Of a stretch of 64,000 bases of DNA, positions 1 through 13,140 are shown one piece after another. How positions within the stretch are numbered: position 1 is the stretch's first letter; the number at the start of each line of letters is the position of its first letter. The translations under genes were made by a program, and so were the position numbers. The notes beneath the pieces were generated by a model that made no database searches, was not told where the DNA came from, and saw only the letters and a program-made list of their open reading frames with translations. The stretch is from Sphaerodactylus townsendi (Eukaryota), in assembly GCF_021028975.2 (NCBI RefSeq), contig NC_059425.1, forward strand, positions 133,672,001-133,736,000, given 5' to 3'.

Positions 1-2819
1 TGTAGAAGTACATTCTGAGTTTCAGGGAAGGCTGAGCAATATGCTCTTATGAACATTTAAACTGGCTGTTGGACAGCTCTCTAGGCCATTTCAAAACAAA
101 TGGTACAGAGAGTTTTTATTAATGTAGCAAGACTCCAGTTGCAGTTACAGGTATTTTGCCACTCAAAGGTCTGTTTTCAACTCAGGAGAAATATTGAGGA
201 AACCTCCAGCTTGCTGATATGTTGGAAGAAAAAGCAGAGAGAACGCCACTGTGCCACCTAAAATGCACTTTGATTGTTGGTCCTGTGTTTAGAGTATCAT
301 GAGCAGGCAGGTATCTCATTAATATACTTCTGACAATGAAGTGTGCATTTAAACCATGTGGCATTCTCACTACTTTTGACTGCAACATTTTATTTAAGGG
401 GAAGAGGGGGACATGGTTGATTTTATGGTCAGTCAGGAGTGGTAATCAACAATTAAGATATTGTATACATATACTAGCAAAAAGATACCAGACATTTTTC
501 AAAGATGGCACCTAAAAATAAGTGTAATTATGGAAGTCCATGAATTGTTTAAAAAATATCTAAAGTTGGAGAGTTAAACCACAGCACAGTGCAAAAAAAT
601 CTGTAAAATGTTCATTTCAGACTATATGGGTTGCTGAATAGCCCTTTAAAAGGAGAGCATGTTTTCAGAATGCACAAATGAATCCTGCTTTCAGAAATGT
701 AGGTCACTGAGTGACCTCTCAGTAGAATGAGGCAGCAGTTTAATAGTGCAACTGACAGCTCAGCAGCACTAAGCCTTACCGTCTCCAGGAAACTTGTCTT
801 GACAAATGTAAACACGTTATATCCCGTATTCACTTATTTATTATTTTCCCAGTTGTCGCAGTGGGAGCCCACAGACGATCCCCTTCCCTCAGTCCTTGTC
901 ACCAGCAGAAAATATTTCGTAAAATACGTAATATGTTGTGGAAAAGACCACGAGACAGCTGAATTGTGAAATGAAATTGTAGTAATGGCAGAGGAATCCT
1001 TGTATAATACAAGATTTTAAAAAGATGTCTTGGTTTTCCACTCCTCCTTGTTGTATCCAGAAGGTTATATTTTAGAGCCATTTTATGTATTACCTAATGG
1101 TTCATACATGAATGTTACTGTGTATGCATACGGCACAAATACACAGTTAGGATCAATTCATCACAGTCGCTGGGCACTTACCATAGCATGATATTTGAAA
1201 TCATAAGTATACATTTATTACCTGGAGGTGTTCATTTTATCAGTACAGTTAAGAAGTTCTTCATGCCTCCTTTAAAAGAGTAGTATATAGATGTGTATCA
1301 TATTGCATAGATATATCTGACAGATGTATTACAGAAGAGATCTCACAACAAAGAATGGTAGAATCTCTGAGACAAAACAGTCTTTCTTGGCAAAAGTTGA
1401 CAAAGTAGGACGAACCAGTTCTACAATCATCCCTGTCTGTAGGGTGGACAACCATGAGATTGGCACAATCTGAAGACTAGGCTTTCTATCACTCCCCAAA
1501 TAACTGCTTTTCCTCTGGTGGTACAACTTGTGCTCTGGGGTGTGAAAGAGTAACAATAGTTGAGGGCTGCCTAAACTGAGACCTTCTGTGCAATATATTT
1601 AACATTAACTGGAACAACTTGAAGTAGACTTATTCTGGTGACACATTTTCACCATCACCATAATGGAAAGCAATTCTTTACAGAAGTTTTTCTATCTAGT
1701 GTAGACATTCCATTGCTTTTGGATGCTGTGGTTAAAGTGGAAACTCTGCAAATTGGTTGGAACAAATCACTCAGAAGAGGTACTCTGCATTAACAGCCAT
1801 AAAATAAGTTACCAAGTACAGGTGATTTCAAGCAGACATCACCCTTCATGCTAAAAAAATGCTAATGTACTATATTATATTAACTTTCCTAGTTGTTTAA
1901 TTGTACTTATTTAAAAATGAGTGTACGTACCATGACGTTCATGGCTGAACAAAAAAAAGTTAGTAGGTAGTGTTTGATTCAAGCAGGAAGACCTGTCTTT
2001 GAATTCCTGCTCTTCAATCACATTTATTAGATCCCCATGGGCTTATTATGATCTCATGGTGCTGATGTAGAGATAGAATTAGATGTAGGGGTAGAATCTG
2101 ATGGGGCTGATGTAGAATTGGAAAAATGAAGAGCCATGCAAGAAGACCCTTGAGCTCTTATGAGAAGGCTGAAGCAGAAATGTCTATTATGCCATTGTTT
2201 TATTTCAATGCCTTATTCTTTATCTTATTCTGAACCAGTAAGCACCATTCAGTATATTTTAGTTTGACACAAAGAATATTTTTACACTTTTTCTCCTTGC
2301 CCGTTGAAAGATTTTTCTTGCCTGTGCATTTTTACAAAGAAGATTGCATTCAATTTGACACTTTTGGCATTAAAAAAGAAGAAGAATATACTCCCTGTCA
2401 GTGCATCTGCCCTTGTTATGCCTCACTGAGTAGTAGTTGTGAGACACAGGGGCACCAATGAATTAATATAATTTCTTTTTCTTGGATGTGATTTTTGCTA
2501 CATTCTTCAACAGGTCCCATTTTGTTGTTCACTTAATGTGTTGCAAAGAGAAGCCAAAATGAAGAATTATAGATTTCCTTTCCAACAGCCTTGGGCTCTG
2601 CCTGCTGCAGATAGAGTAGTCTTTGTTTTCCATACACTGAAAAAATATGTTGTGTTGGAATTGTATCACTCTGGTTCAGTTCCAGTTGTATGCAAAGATG
2701 TTATTGACATGAACCTGGTTATGTCAGAGTACGAATGGGGATGCACATTCAAGTGTATGTCCCACCTGAAGGAAAGAATGCATTCTGTTTGGGCAAATCT
2801 CTAAATTCAAACGCATATC

Positions 2820-2874
2820 CAAGTCATATTTATGTCATATCCAGCCTTTGTAACAAATGAATTTGACACCCCTG
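2820..2874 (+). mobile_element. Terminal fragment of hAT-type non-autonomous DNA transposon
   Basis: ...acaaatgaatttgacacccctg matches the end of the element at 50840-50907 (...ataaatgagtttgacatccctg). Confidence 0.55.
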
Positions 2875-2982
2875 AGCTAGACTTTCACTCTAAAAGAGGT
2901 CTTCTTCATTTTTGTGGTTTACTTCATCCCACTTGTTCACCATGTTAACTTCTTCTTGGCATTGTTTTTACCTTTCTTTTTT

Positions 2983-3275
2983 GAGAGTCAGCATGATGTA
3001 GGGGTTAGGAGCAATGGGCTCTAATCTGGAGAACCAGATTCCACACTCCTCCACATGAGCAATGGACCCTTATCTGGTGAACTAGATTTGTTTCCCTGCT
3101 TCTACACATAAAGCCTGCTGGGTGACTTTGGGTTGGTCACAGTCCTTCAGAACACTGTCAGCCCCACCTACCTCACAAGGTGTCTGCTGTGGGGAGAGAA
3201 AGGAAAAGGAGTTTGTAAGCTGCCTTGAGTCTCCTTACAGGAGAGAAAAGTGGGGTGTAAATCCAGACTCTTCTT
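2983..3275 (+). mobile_element. tRNA-headed CORE-type SINE (Squam3-like)
   Basis: A-box-like head, ctaatctggagaacc, gctgggtgac..tggg..gtcacag core and (TCT) tail; homologous to copies at 12868, 16474, 34141 and 35300. Confidence 0.85.
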
Positions 3276-4401
3276 AATCAGTGGCATTCATTTGCGCTGA
3301 ACTTCTATTATTGTAGTTTTAAAACACCTCCAAGCATATTGAAGGGGTTTGATCCTTCAGACTTTCTGCTTTAATTTCCTTTTTACTAATGCCCTCATCT
3401 TGAAAAGTTGCCTCATTTACAGTTAATTTCTTGGGTGATGAGAATGCAGAACTGACAATAGAATTCTGACAGTGTCCTCAGCTGTGAGCAAACACCGCAG
3501 CCACTGCACCCATCTTCCTTTGAGTCAGAGCAGAGAGTTTTTCTTCTGGCTCAAAGTTAAAACCCTCATGAGTTGTGCTTGGGAGGATTACGACGTTGTG
3601 TGGAAATTCCCCCAAAATGTTTGGGCATTCTGTATGCCACATAGGTAGTAATTCTCATGTGGAAGAAAACTGTAATGCAACAAGTTAGCAAGTTTGTTGC
3701 AGTTCTCATTCAATATTTAATGTGACATCTTCAGTAAAACCCAAGTCATATCTATTAGATACAAATTTTACCAGTGTTAGCCCGCCCCCCCCTTTTTAGT
3801 TGAATGCTAAATACTAGCACCTTTTGCGGCACCACTCCCTAATCCTAAATGGGAATTTGGTGGAAATCAGTACAACCTTATGTATGAGTAGGCCAATATG
3901 AAGAGAATTAATGTAGAAGAATGGTGACAGGCATATGTGCAGAAATGAGCATTTGTCAAAATATTTAACTTCAATGCATTTTTAAAGCTTTAAAAATAAT
4001 AATATTTTGCATTCCCAATAGACTATAATTCATTTCTATTAGATTATCATAATATTACCACTGTGGGGTATATAATCTGTAAGGAATTTGTTCTTTTGAA
4101 TTGGTTTGCTACCTGAGAACAGTACCATGGTATGGTTAGAAGGCACAAGATAAAGCAACCTTTCTGAAATTAAGCAGGTTTGACCTGAACAGATGATATC
4201 CAATAAATCCGTTGTATGCTGCCTTGAATTCCACGGTGGAAGAGAGGCAGGATAGAAACATAATCAAGTGAATAAAAATAAATGTGCCACAGTTTTAGTC
4301 AGTTTTTTTTAAAAAATAATTTTGCAGTTAACTCAGATTTTAACACCCGCTTACCCCCACCCCCCACCCCAGTAACAGTAAACTCACAGTTTATAGGATG
4401 G

Positions 4402-4404
<3 letters not shown>

Positions 4405-4471
<67 letters not shown>
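4405..4471. repeat. (TG)n microsatellite, tail of adjacent minus-strand RTE LINE
   Basis: Perfect TG run abutting the 3' end of the RTE fragment. Confidence 0.95.
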
Positions 4472-4473
<2 letters not shown>

Positions 4474-4735
4474 TGCTGTCAAGTTGTTTCTATTTATGGC
4501 AACCCTATGAATTAATGACCTTTGAAATTCCCTACAGTTAACAGCTTTGCCCAGATCTTCCAAACTGGGGGCGGTGGCTTCCTTGAGTGAGTTGAACCAT
4601 CTCATGTTGATTCTTCCTCGTTTCTTGCTGTCCTCAACTTTTCCTAGCATTATTGTCTTTTCCAGTGACTCTTCTCATAATGTGACCAAACTACAATAAC
4701 CTCAATTTAGTCATTTTAGCTTCTAGGGAGAATTC
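4472..4735 (-). mobile_element. RTE/BovB-like LINE 3' fragment
   Basis: ORF MLGKVEDSKKRGRINMRWFNSLKE...SLIHRVA is typical of the RTE ORF C-terminus; homologous to 7700-7900. Confidence 0.85.
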
Positions 4736-6329
4736 GGGGATTTTATTAACACTTTATATTTTTAGCTTTTTTAGAGCAGCCTGGGAAGTTTTAAAACAGC
4801 AGCACTGTGATTTTTATTATTATGGCGATTGCAATATAGTGCAAATATATAGTTTTAAAAATCTTATGTACACTGTACTTTGATACTTTCATTCATGTGC
4901 AAGGTGGGAGAAGGATCTTGGATTGCTTATCACTTGGTGTAGGTTCTGGTATGCAGCACTAGTTGGACATATTTTTAAATGGGCTCTTGTATGGATTTCT
5001 ATTCTTAAAGTGATCTGCCATCACTATAATGTTCTTCTGCAATTCTGATACCTTCAAACCATCATCAGAATTAAGTATCTCACTCACACATACCTAAACA
5101 TTGAATACTATGTGCAAACTACTCTTGTGGTCTTCCATATTACTTTAGCAGTGCAGTCATGGAGTTACGCCAGTCCAAACTCATTAATTCCAGTAGACAA
5201 CTAATTCTGTGTATTTGTGCCTTGTTTCTCAGCAGCAGTTTTGAGGTGGCTTGTATGCAAAGATTAGAAATAAAAAGCAGCAAGGTAATTTGGCTCACAG
5301 TTAAAATCAAAACTCCAGCAATTAATGGAACCTGAGAACAGATACTGAAAAATCTTTTTTTTTCAAACCAACAAAAAAAATAGGGTGTTTCCTGTATAGA
5401 AGAGAAGCTTTTTCACTCTGCTGCTTTGCAAAAGCGTAGGGAGGTTTAAAACAGCTTGTGATGAAGTGTAAAATATTACTGTTCATTGGTTCAGCATTAT
5501 TGGCTACTGTTTCAGGCATGAGTTATGGGAATGATATAGATGGCAAGAAAATAACTATTCTGTGGTTTTCTGTTATATTGGAAGGGAAACCTCCCCCTTT
5601 CCCACCTAAGCAAGTACGGAGCTGTTGTCCCAGTCGTAGGAGAACTTAATGCTCCCGTGCAGATGAAATGGAAAAATGAAGGGAGGGGAGTAAAACCCAG
5701 CTGTTCTCGTTGTTCTCCTTGCTTATCATGTCTGATTCATGCTAATGTTTATTCCTGTGATTGTTGCTAATTATAGATTCTTGTCCCTTGTGAAATGCAT
5801 CTCCAGTGGTTGAAAATTCTACCCTGCTACTGTTCTCACAGGGGAGAAGTGTAGAGTCACCATCTGTTGCCTTCTGTTCAATAATGGTGACTGTCTGTTT
5901 TGTAGTTGCTGTAACATATTCCACCCTCTCCTCTGCCAGTCAGCCAGGAAAGAAATATGAAGAAGAGCCCTGAAACCCCAAATTCCTATTGACAGGGATG
6001 AAATGTTCCTCGTGGGTCATGCAGTGCTGGGCGGCGGGGGGAGGGGGGAGAAATTAAGCTGCAAGCTTTTCAGGAAGTTCTATCTATGGTACTGTAAATA
6101 TCAATAACTAATGGGAGAGAAGAGGGATGAGTCATACCAGATCAATTAACAAAGAGGATAGGGACGTCTGAATGCTTAGTCAGCTTTAGGAAAGAAGAAG
6201 TCTTTGAAATACTAGGGTATGTATTACAGAACTAGGGAAAGGAGAATGTGCTTATGTGTGTATTTTCCCTGGGTAAATGAGGATCTGTAGCACTATTTTT
6301 TAGAAGTTAGCCCTTTCCATTGCTCTTGA

Positions 6330-6445
6330 ACAGATGAAGCTCCCTTATACTGAATCAGAACCTTGGTCCATCAGTGTCGATATTGTCTACTCAGACTGGC
6401 AATAGCTCTCCAGGGTCTCAGACTGAGGTCTTTCACATCATCAAC
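6330..6445 (-). mobile_element. 3' part of a tRNA-derived SINE with CR1-like tail
   Basis: gaagctcccttatactgaatcaga..ttggtccatc...actcagactggc; recalled squamate SINE end. Confidence 0.55.
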
Positions 6446-6454
6446 TGGAGTCCA

Positions 6455-6605
6455 TTGTCCATGAATTTAGCATGCCCTTCTCACTAGACACAGTGTGTAA
6501 CAGACTTCTCTCTGTGATACACCTTTGAAGATGCCAGCCACAGATGCAGGCGAAACGTTAGGAACAAGATCTACCAGACCACAGCCACACAGTCCGGAAA
6601 AGCTT
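6455..6605 (+). mobile_element. Penelope-like element terminal fragment with decayed hammerhead motif
   Basis: cct-(t)tgaaga-t-gccagccacagatgcaggc-gaaacgtt-agg; same family as 47089-47125. Confidence 0.75.
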
Positions 6606-6779
6606 GGTAGAACTCTAATAAAACTTTCAGTTTTGACCTCTATGCCCCAGCAGGTGTAGTTCAAAACATATGCTGACATTCTAGCGCCATCAGAGACTAA
6701 AGTGCAAAATCTGAATTAAAATGTGGCTGCCAATATAGTGTTCTTGAAGGACAAAAAGAGATTGGGGCAGAAGAAGGAT

Positions 6780-6862
6780 GAGGCCAGTGGTAGAGCATCT
6801 GTTTGGCATGCAGGAGGTTCCAGGTTCAATTCTCAGCATCTCCAGTTAAAAGGACCAGGCAG
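6780..6862 (+). mobile_element. tRNA-derived SINE head
   Basis: A box (cagtggtagagca) and B box (ggttcaattc) followed by non-tRNA sequence; no acceptor stem. Confidence 0.65.
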
Positions 6863-7069
6863 TTTAAAGAGTGGAATAAAAGTAATATTTATTCAATTAT
6901 ATCCCACCTTTCCCTCCAATAGGGGCTAGAAATGGTTTACTTTGTTCTGTTCTCTTCCATCTTTTCCTCACAGCAACTCTGTGGGGTATACTAGGCTGTG
7001 TGTGCCTGGCCCAAAGTCATTCAACCGGTTTATGTAGCAGATTGGAGATCTGGATTAGATTGGATTATA

Positions 7070-7905
7070 TTTAGATTAAGGTGAACTGGAAATTGGTTGA
7101 AGGAACATTAACAACTTAAATGTTAACTTAACAACTTAAATACAGATATGCATATGACACTATTACTGGCAGAAAACAGTGAAGACTTGAAATGACGACT
7201 GATGAAGATTAAAGCAGAAAGTGCCCAAGCAGGATTTTAGCTGAACATCATGAAGACAAAAGTGATGACTACCAGGGAATTACATAACTAAGGTTGGCAA
7301 TGAAGAAATTGAAATTGTTCAAAACTGTCTATTCCTTGGCCCTATCATCAACCAAAAGGGTGACTGGAACCAGGAAAACAGGAAACTGGAGAAATGAAGG
7401 AGCTGGGAAAGATCCTTAAGTGTAAGGATGTGTCTCTGGCTACCAAGATCAAGATAATTCATGCTATAGTAGTCCCCATTACTATTTATGGATGTAAAAG
7501 TTGGACAACATAGAAAGCTAACAGGAAAAAAGTTGACTAATTTGAAATGTAGTGGTGGAGGAAGGTTTTACCGGTACCGTGGATTGCCAAAAAGACAAGA
7601 AGTAGGTTCTAGATTAAATCAAGCCTGAACTCTCCCTCAAAGCTAAAATGATTAAATTGAGGCTATCATACTTTGATCACATTGTGAGAAGGCAAGAGTC
7701 ACTGGAAAAGATAATAATGCTAGGAACAGTTGAAAGCAGTAGGAAAAGAGGGAGACCCAACATGAAGTGGATTGACTCAATTACGAAAGCCATGGCCCTC
7801 ACCTTGCAAGACCTGAGCAAGGCTGTTAGTGACAGGACATTTTGGAGGTCAATGATTCATAAGGTTGCCAGAAGTCAGAGGCGACTTGAAGATACCTAAC
7901 ATAAC
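7070..7905 (+). mobile_element. RTE/BovB-like LINE, 5'-truncated and degraded
   Basis: Decayed RYADD region near 7140-7160; ORF MIKLRLSYFDHIVRRQESLEKIIMLG...RKRGRPNMKWIDSI; multiple stops. Confidence 0.9.
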
Positions 7906-9692
7906 ATAAAAATCACGAATTTAATCTGACCATTCAAGACCAGAGAAGTGAGTGTGCAAACACAGAGTTAATTCATATAGCACTTGAACTATGATTTTGG
8001 CATTATGTGTGAATCATCCTATTATTCATAAACTACATTTTAAGATGAATGATGCTTTTGACTAAAGTACAGTACTTACAGTAACGGGGATAAAAATATG
8101 TCACTACTTCCTCTAAAAAAATCTCTTTGAATCCCCACCTGTTGCTAGCAGGAGTTTTCATAGTAGAGTTTTGGTCAAATGTTTATCTTGTCACTGTGAA
8201 GTCTCTGAGGGAAACTTGTAAAGGAAGATGGTAAGACAAATCTCCTTTTAGCTAACTTTCCCTGGAAAATCAGGCTTAGTCATTGCTTTTTTTCAAAAGC
8301 AAGACATTAACTATTAAACATAGTATCTACCCTTGCCATCTCTTTCAGATTCATTTTGAAATATGATTCAGAATACTTTGTTCTACAAAAAACAAGATCA
8401 GCCTTAGATATCCTTCACAGTCAGACTGTGAAATTATAAGCTTTGTTTATACAGATACCTTTTAAAACAGCAACAAAACCGCAAAAACAAAAATTGAATC
8501 CAAATCAGCCATCCTGACTTATGTAGTGTCAATTTATTAGCGAGCAAAAGTAATTAATGACTCAGATACTAAATGTGATGGCAGTTTCCGAATTTCGGTT
8601 TCGTATTATGCTCTTTTTAGGAATACTTCTCTCGTAAAAGATGTTACTCGTGCTATACATTTCTGCTTTGTCAAAAAAGTTGCAAGAGCAGAGATGCTGT
8701 ACTGCCTTGGATGCATGTAGCAACTGAATCTGTCTCATAAATGAATTTTTCACATTAAGAACGGAAAAAATTCAGATATGAATGTCTGTTATTTATAGAA
8801 ACATCTGAATCAAAGTGAAAAAGCATGATGTGTTCGGATTCTTAGCCTTTCTGCTCAGGATGCATGTTAAATTAGTGACTCAAACAGAGGTGCAGAGCTG
8901 CTTTGTGAATGGCAGGCAGAGAGTAACAAAACAATACTTCTAATCATGAGAAGGAAAACGGGATGCAGATATACTGTATTAGGTCTCATTGGTCGAAGAT
9001 ACATTTGTCCATAGTAGTCTTACACATCGGTCTTCATGGAGCTCACTCAGTCCTCTCGCTTTATAAAAACTACTAAGTCAGAAGAATGTCTGGCACATCT
9101 AGTTTTTGGATTAAAGAACGAATTCCTAATGAATGATTTCACTGCCTGTAGTGCCTGTCTGGTTCAGTTACAGCCTTTGATAGAACTTGTTGGAGGTATT
9201 AGTGAAGACAGGATGTTTCTACATTTGAGGCCATAATTTTTGTTGTTGTTTAATGCATACTTCACATTCATAGGGTTGAAGTACAGCCTTAATTTACTCC
9301 CAGTGTAAGCCTGATCCAACAGCATGCCTTGAAAACAAAAGCATAAGGGCTTGTCTGTCTTCTTGTGACTTTATAATGTTTTATTAAATTTGATTTGGTC
9401 TTTAGCTTGCAGGCAACTTGCAACATTTCTGCTGAAAAGGAGGCTTGCTACCAGAGTTACTGGTAGAAAACTAGTTTACGAGCATGGCAGAACAGAAGAA
9501 TTGGGCTGAGGCAAGGAAAACCACCATTCTGATTCAACCAGCTCTTAATCTCTGTAGTAGGAGAGATTTTGGATTTCCCAGACGCTAGAAGTTGACTAGC
9601 TATTTGACTCTTGCCCTGAATCTATACTGTGCAATTTGGGCTCTGGTAAATTGAATGAATGTTAAAGACCATCCTACACAATGTGTTAAAAG

Positions 9693-9902
9693 CAGTGACG
9701 AAGCTGCAACAGGGTGGGGGGGAAGCCGCACTCCGGGTGCGTGTCATTGGTGTCATGTGGGGGTGGGAAATCTCCCAGACCCCCCTCCCAGGGACAGGGT
9801 GTGGATGGTACGTGGGCAGATTGGGGCAGGGCATGGGTGGGTGAAGGGCAGGGATGCGGGCAAGTCATTCCCCGGGCGCAGCTTCCTGCTCCTCCACCCC
9901 TG
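9693..9902. mobile_element. hAT-type GC-rich MITE with perfect 8-bp TSD
   Basis: GTTAAAAG at 9685-9692 and 9903-9910; CAG...CTG termini with degenerate TIR. Confidence 0.85.
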
Positions 9903-12867
9903 GTTAAAAGTGAGGGCTTTGACTCCAGAAATTTTTGTCATTTGGAAAGAGAAGCTCCATTTCTCAGGGATCTTAAGATTGTGTAATGAAGGTGTTTGTG
10001 CTGGTGAAGAACGATGGGTAAAATAGAGTGTTATACAAGATGATCAGCAAGGCACAAATATTGGGTGTGAAAACCCAATAAACATAACACTGTCTTTTTC
10101 TGACTGAAACTATTCAGATGTCTAGGTATGCATGACCCTCCCCCTGATTTAGTACCATAGTAATGGAATCTCTTTCCTTGTATAAGTTATCAAAAGTAAA
10201 TCAAGCTATGTTATTAACGGAATCAGGAAAGCATGTTTGTTGTTTAAAGAAGAGAAGGATTTGCTTTTTGGAAATCATGAGGCAAGAAGCACTATACAGT
10301 GGAGCAAAAAGATTGTGACACACACACACACCCCGCCACCAAAAAAAAGCCCTCAGGAAAAGGAATATAGGCATAGTTGCTATATACTGCAGTCACATAA
10401 TCATGTGAAGCTAAAGTCAGGCTAGCTCACTGGCTGTGATGTTCTATATTCTTTCCCAATGCCTACTTTGGGAAAACCTATAAGTAGAAATGCAAGAGAT
10501 TGAAACTGAAACCTTCCATGTGCAAAAGAAGCTCTCTTCCACTGAGTAATGGTTCCTGGCATATCAGGCACTGGCAATGACAATTTGCGATGTTGTCAAG
10601 TCTTGCAGTGTTACCATTTTATCAGTAGAAAACGTACTGGGCCTAGGTATGTCCCCTTACCCTATTTCTAGGAGTAACTGTTAACTTTTAGCTGAAGTGA
10701 GCAGTATTTTCTGTTCAAGGTAACTAACCTCAGAATTAAGGTCACCCTTGCTAACATATCACCCATAAATGACAGTATTGTCTGAGATAATTGATTCACA
10801 TAACACCAAAAGTAGAATTGCTGGTTCCATGAGTTGCCAGAAGGAGAAAAAAAATCTCTTCTTCATAGTGCTTGAATTCAAAATATCAAGTACAGAATAC
10901 ACACACACTGTCCAAAAGCCATTGAAATAGCTGAACTGTTGGCCATACGTAATAATTGACTGGAAAAATAAAAGCCAGTTACCTCCACAGTTCTCTCTGT
11001 TATCCATCAAGCTATTAGGACCACTATCTGAAATGTTCAGCTCTAACAGTTTACCAACATGATAACTTCTCTCACTGTGCATGTAACTGCATGACAAGGC
11101 GCTTGTGTTGTTGCATCAAGTGGTGAGGAGAAATTTTTACACATCTGTGCTTAATCAGAATTCTGGAGAAGCAAAGAGAGCAGTAAAATGCTCTTGGCCA
11201 TTTCTGCAAATGAACAGTTTTCCACATGGTCATATATACATGAAAATCCACTGTTATATGGTAGAAAATTATGTTTATGCTGTGAAATGGTTTAACAGCC
11301 AACCTACTTATTATTGCTCCTACTTATTAATGAAGCAAGCCACTTATCTTACAGTGCCTTAAAAAGAGGTGCCTCCATAGGTAGATGCTGAACTGCATTC
11401 AATTGGCATGGAATATGAACCATTGACTTTCTAGATGTTCAACATCGGAGTTAAATGTATATGAATAATAGCTTTAAAAGTCATAGTGGTTCTCTGAAAA
11501 CAGCACTGTCTCATTTATGAGGACAAAAGCAACCTTGTGCTTACATCTGCATTTTGAAGCACTTTGACATCTATTGCTGATAAGCACTGTTAAGAACAGT
11601 TCCTTTAGTACAGAGCTTGTTGCTCCCTGGTCAAGTGTCATTGAGCACATAAATTTTGTACAAAGCATCTTTAATCCAGAGGAGAGGCTATTATAATAAA
11701 ATTGATTTACAGTAAAATTGTCACAACCTTAGCTAAGCCTCCACTAAAATAAATTCTGTTTTTAAATTTTTATTTTTATAGAGACTGTGTGAGAATTCCT
11801 GGTATTCAATTAACAGTCATAAATTTCAAGAGAAGGTTATATGTTGCCCCACTTAAAACTCTCTGAATCCAAGTGTTACACACACATAATAAAGACTTGT
11901 TCTTCCTTCTCCCCTGAAAAACAGCATTGGGGGGGGTGGGAGGCGGGGAGGAAGGCAGTTTGGAATGGAGAAGTGGTGGTTTGGAGATCCTTTCCTGCTA
12001 GGCTAAGAATCAGGTTACCATATGAAAGTCACTTTTTAATCAATTCAGCCCTCAGAAAAAGGCCATGGTGACTTCAAGATTCCCAAGTTCTCTCTCACAG
12101 TGGTTAAATGCAATAATCTAAACGACCAATTTTTTTCTTCAGAAGTTACTAATACTGGGAGGAAGAGAGTTGAGTAAGCTGTTTACAAGTTTCACTTTTC
12201 ATGTCAAAATGTGCATGTTTGGTTGAAGGGATTTTCTCATCAGAAATCTCATGAGAGTCAGAAATTTTTTTTGTCTGCTATTCATCCAGGTTTCAGGACT
12301 AATCATGTTGAGGTCCTTTTTAGGGCTCCGGAGGGCTGAGCATTCTCAAGCTTTGGGATCAAGAGAGCTGTGAAATCCTTGTGTTTTTCGGTTTAGCCTT
12401 GAGGGCTTGGATTTAAAATGGAGGGGGAGGGAAGATTGAGGGAGGAAGTCAAACCTCATCAACGCTTGAAAGGTCTTCTTTGTCAGTAATGGAATAAGAA
12501 GATTGTTTGGCTCAGCTTTAAAAGCTAATTCCAAAGGTATGCTTTTCATATGCCAACTATATAGTGGATGTATATGCTAGCTAAGAATACTTGTTCCCAA
12601 AGTTACATTCTCTTTTTCACACAAACATGAAAATAAATTTGATTTTTTTTCAGATGGAAGCTGAATAGTGAGGAAGTGTTTATTACAGCTATTTCTCATT
12701 GAGGTGATCCAGACTAGTTATTGATGAGGACCCCATTTCCTTCCAACTCATACTTGAAATTCGTTATTTTATTACCAGGCTTTCCAGAGAACCTTGAGTA
12801 TTCTTAGAGATCTTGAGGAAAAAATGGGAAAGTACCCCCTTCTTCAGAGCAAAAAAAATTACCTTTA

Positions 12868-13140
12868 GAGCCAGGGTGGTGTAGGGGTTAAGAGCAGGTG
12901 GACTCATCTTGAGAACCATGTTTGATTCCCCACTCCTCCACATGAGCAGCAGACTCTTATCTGGTGAACTAGATTTGTTTCACTACTCCTACATTCCTGC
13001 TGTGTGATCTTGAGCTAGTCATAGTTCTCTAGGAACTCTCTCAGCCTCACCTACCTCACAAGGTATCTGTTCTGGAGAGAGGAATTTCCAAGCCCCTTTG
13101 AGTATTCTTACAGGACAGAAAGAGGGGAGGGGGTTGTTAA
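12868..13140 (+). mobile_element. tRNA-headed CORE-type SINE (Squam3-like)
   Basis: gagccagggtggtgtaggggttaagagc...tttgattccccactcctccaca; homologous to 2983-3275. Confidence 0.85.

Noticed and set aside
6780-6850. Possible tRNA gene
   Set aside because: A and B boxes only, no acceptor stem; continues into SINE body.
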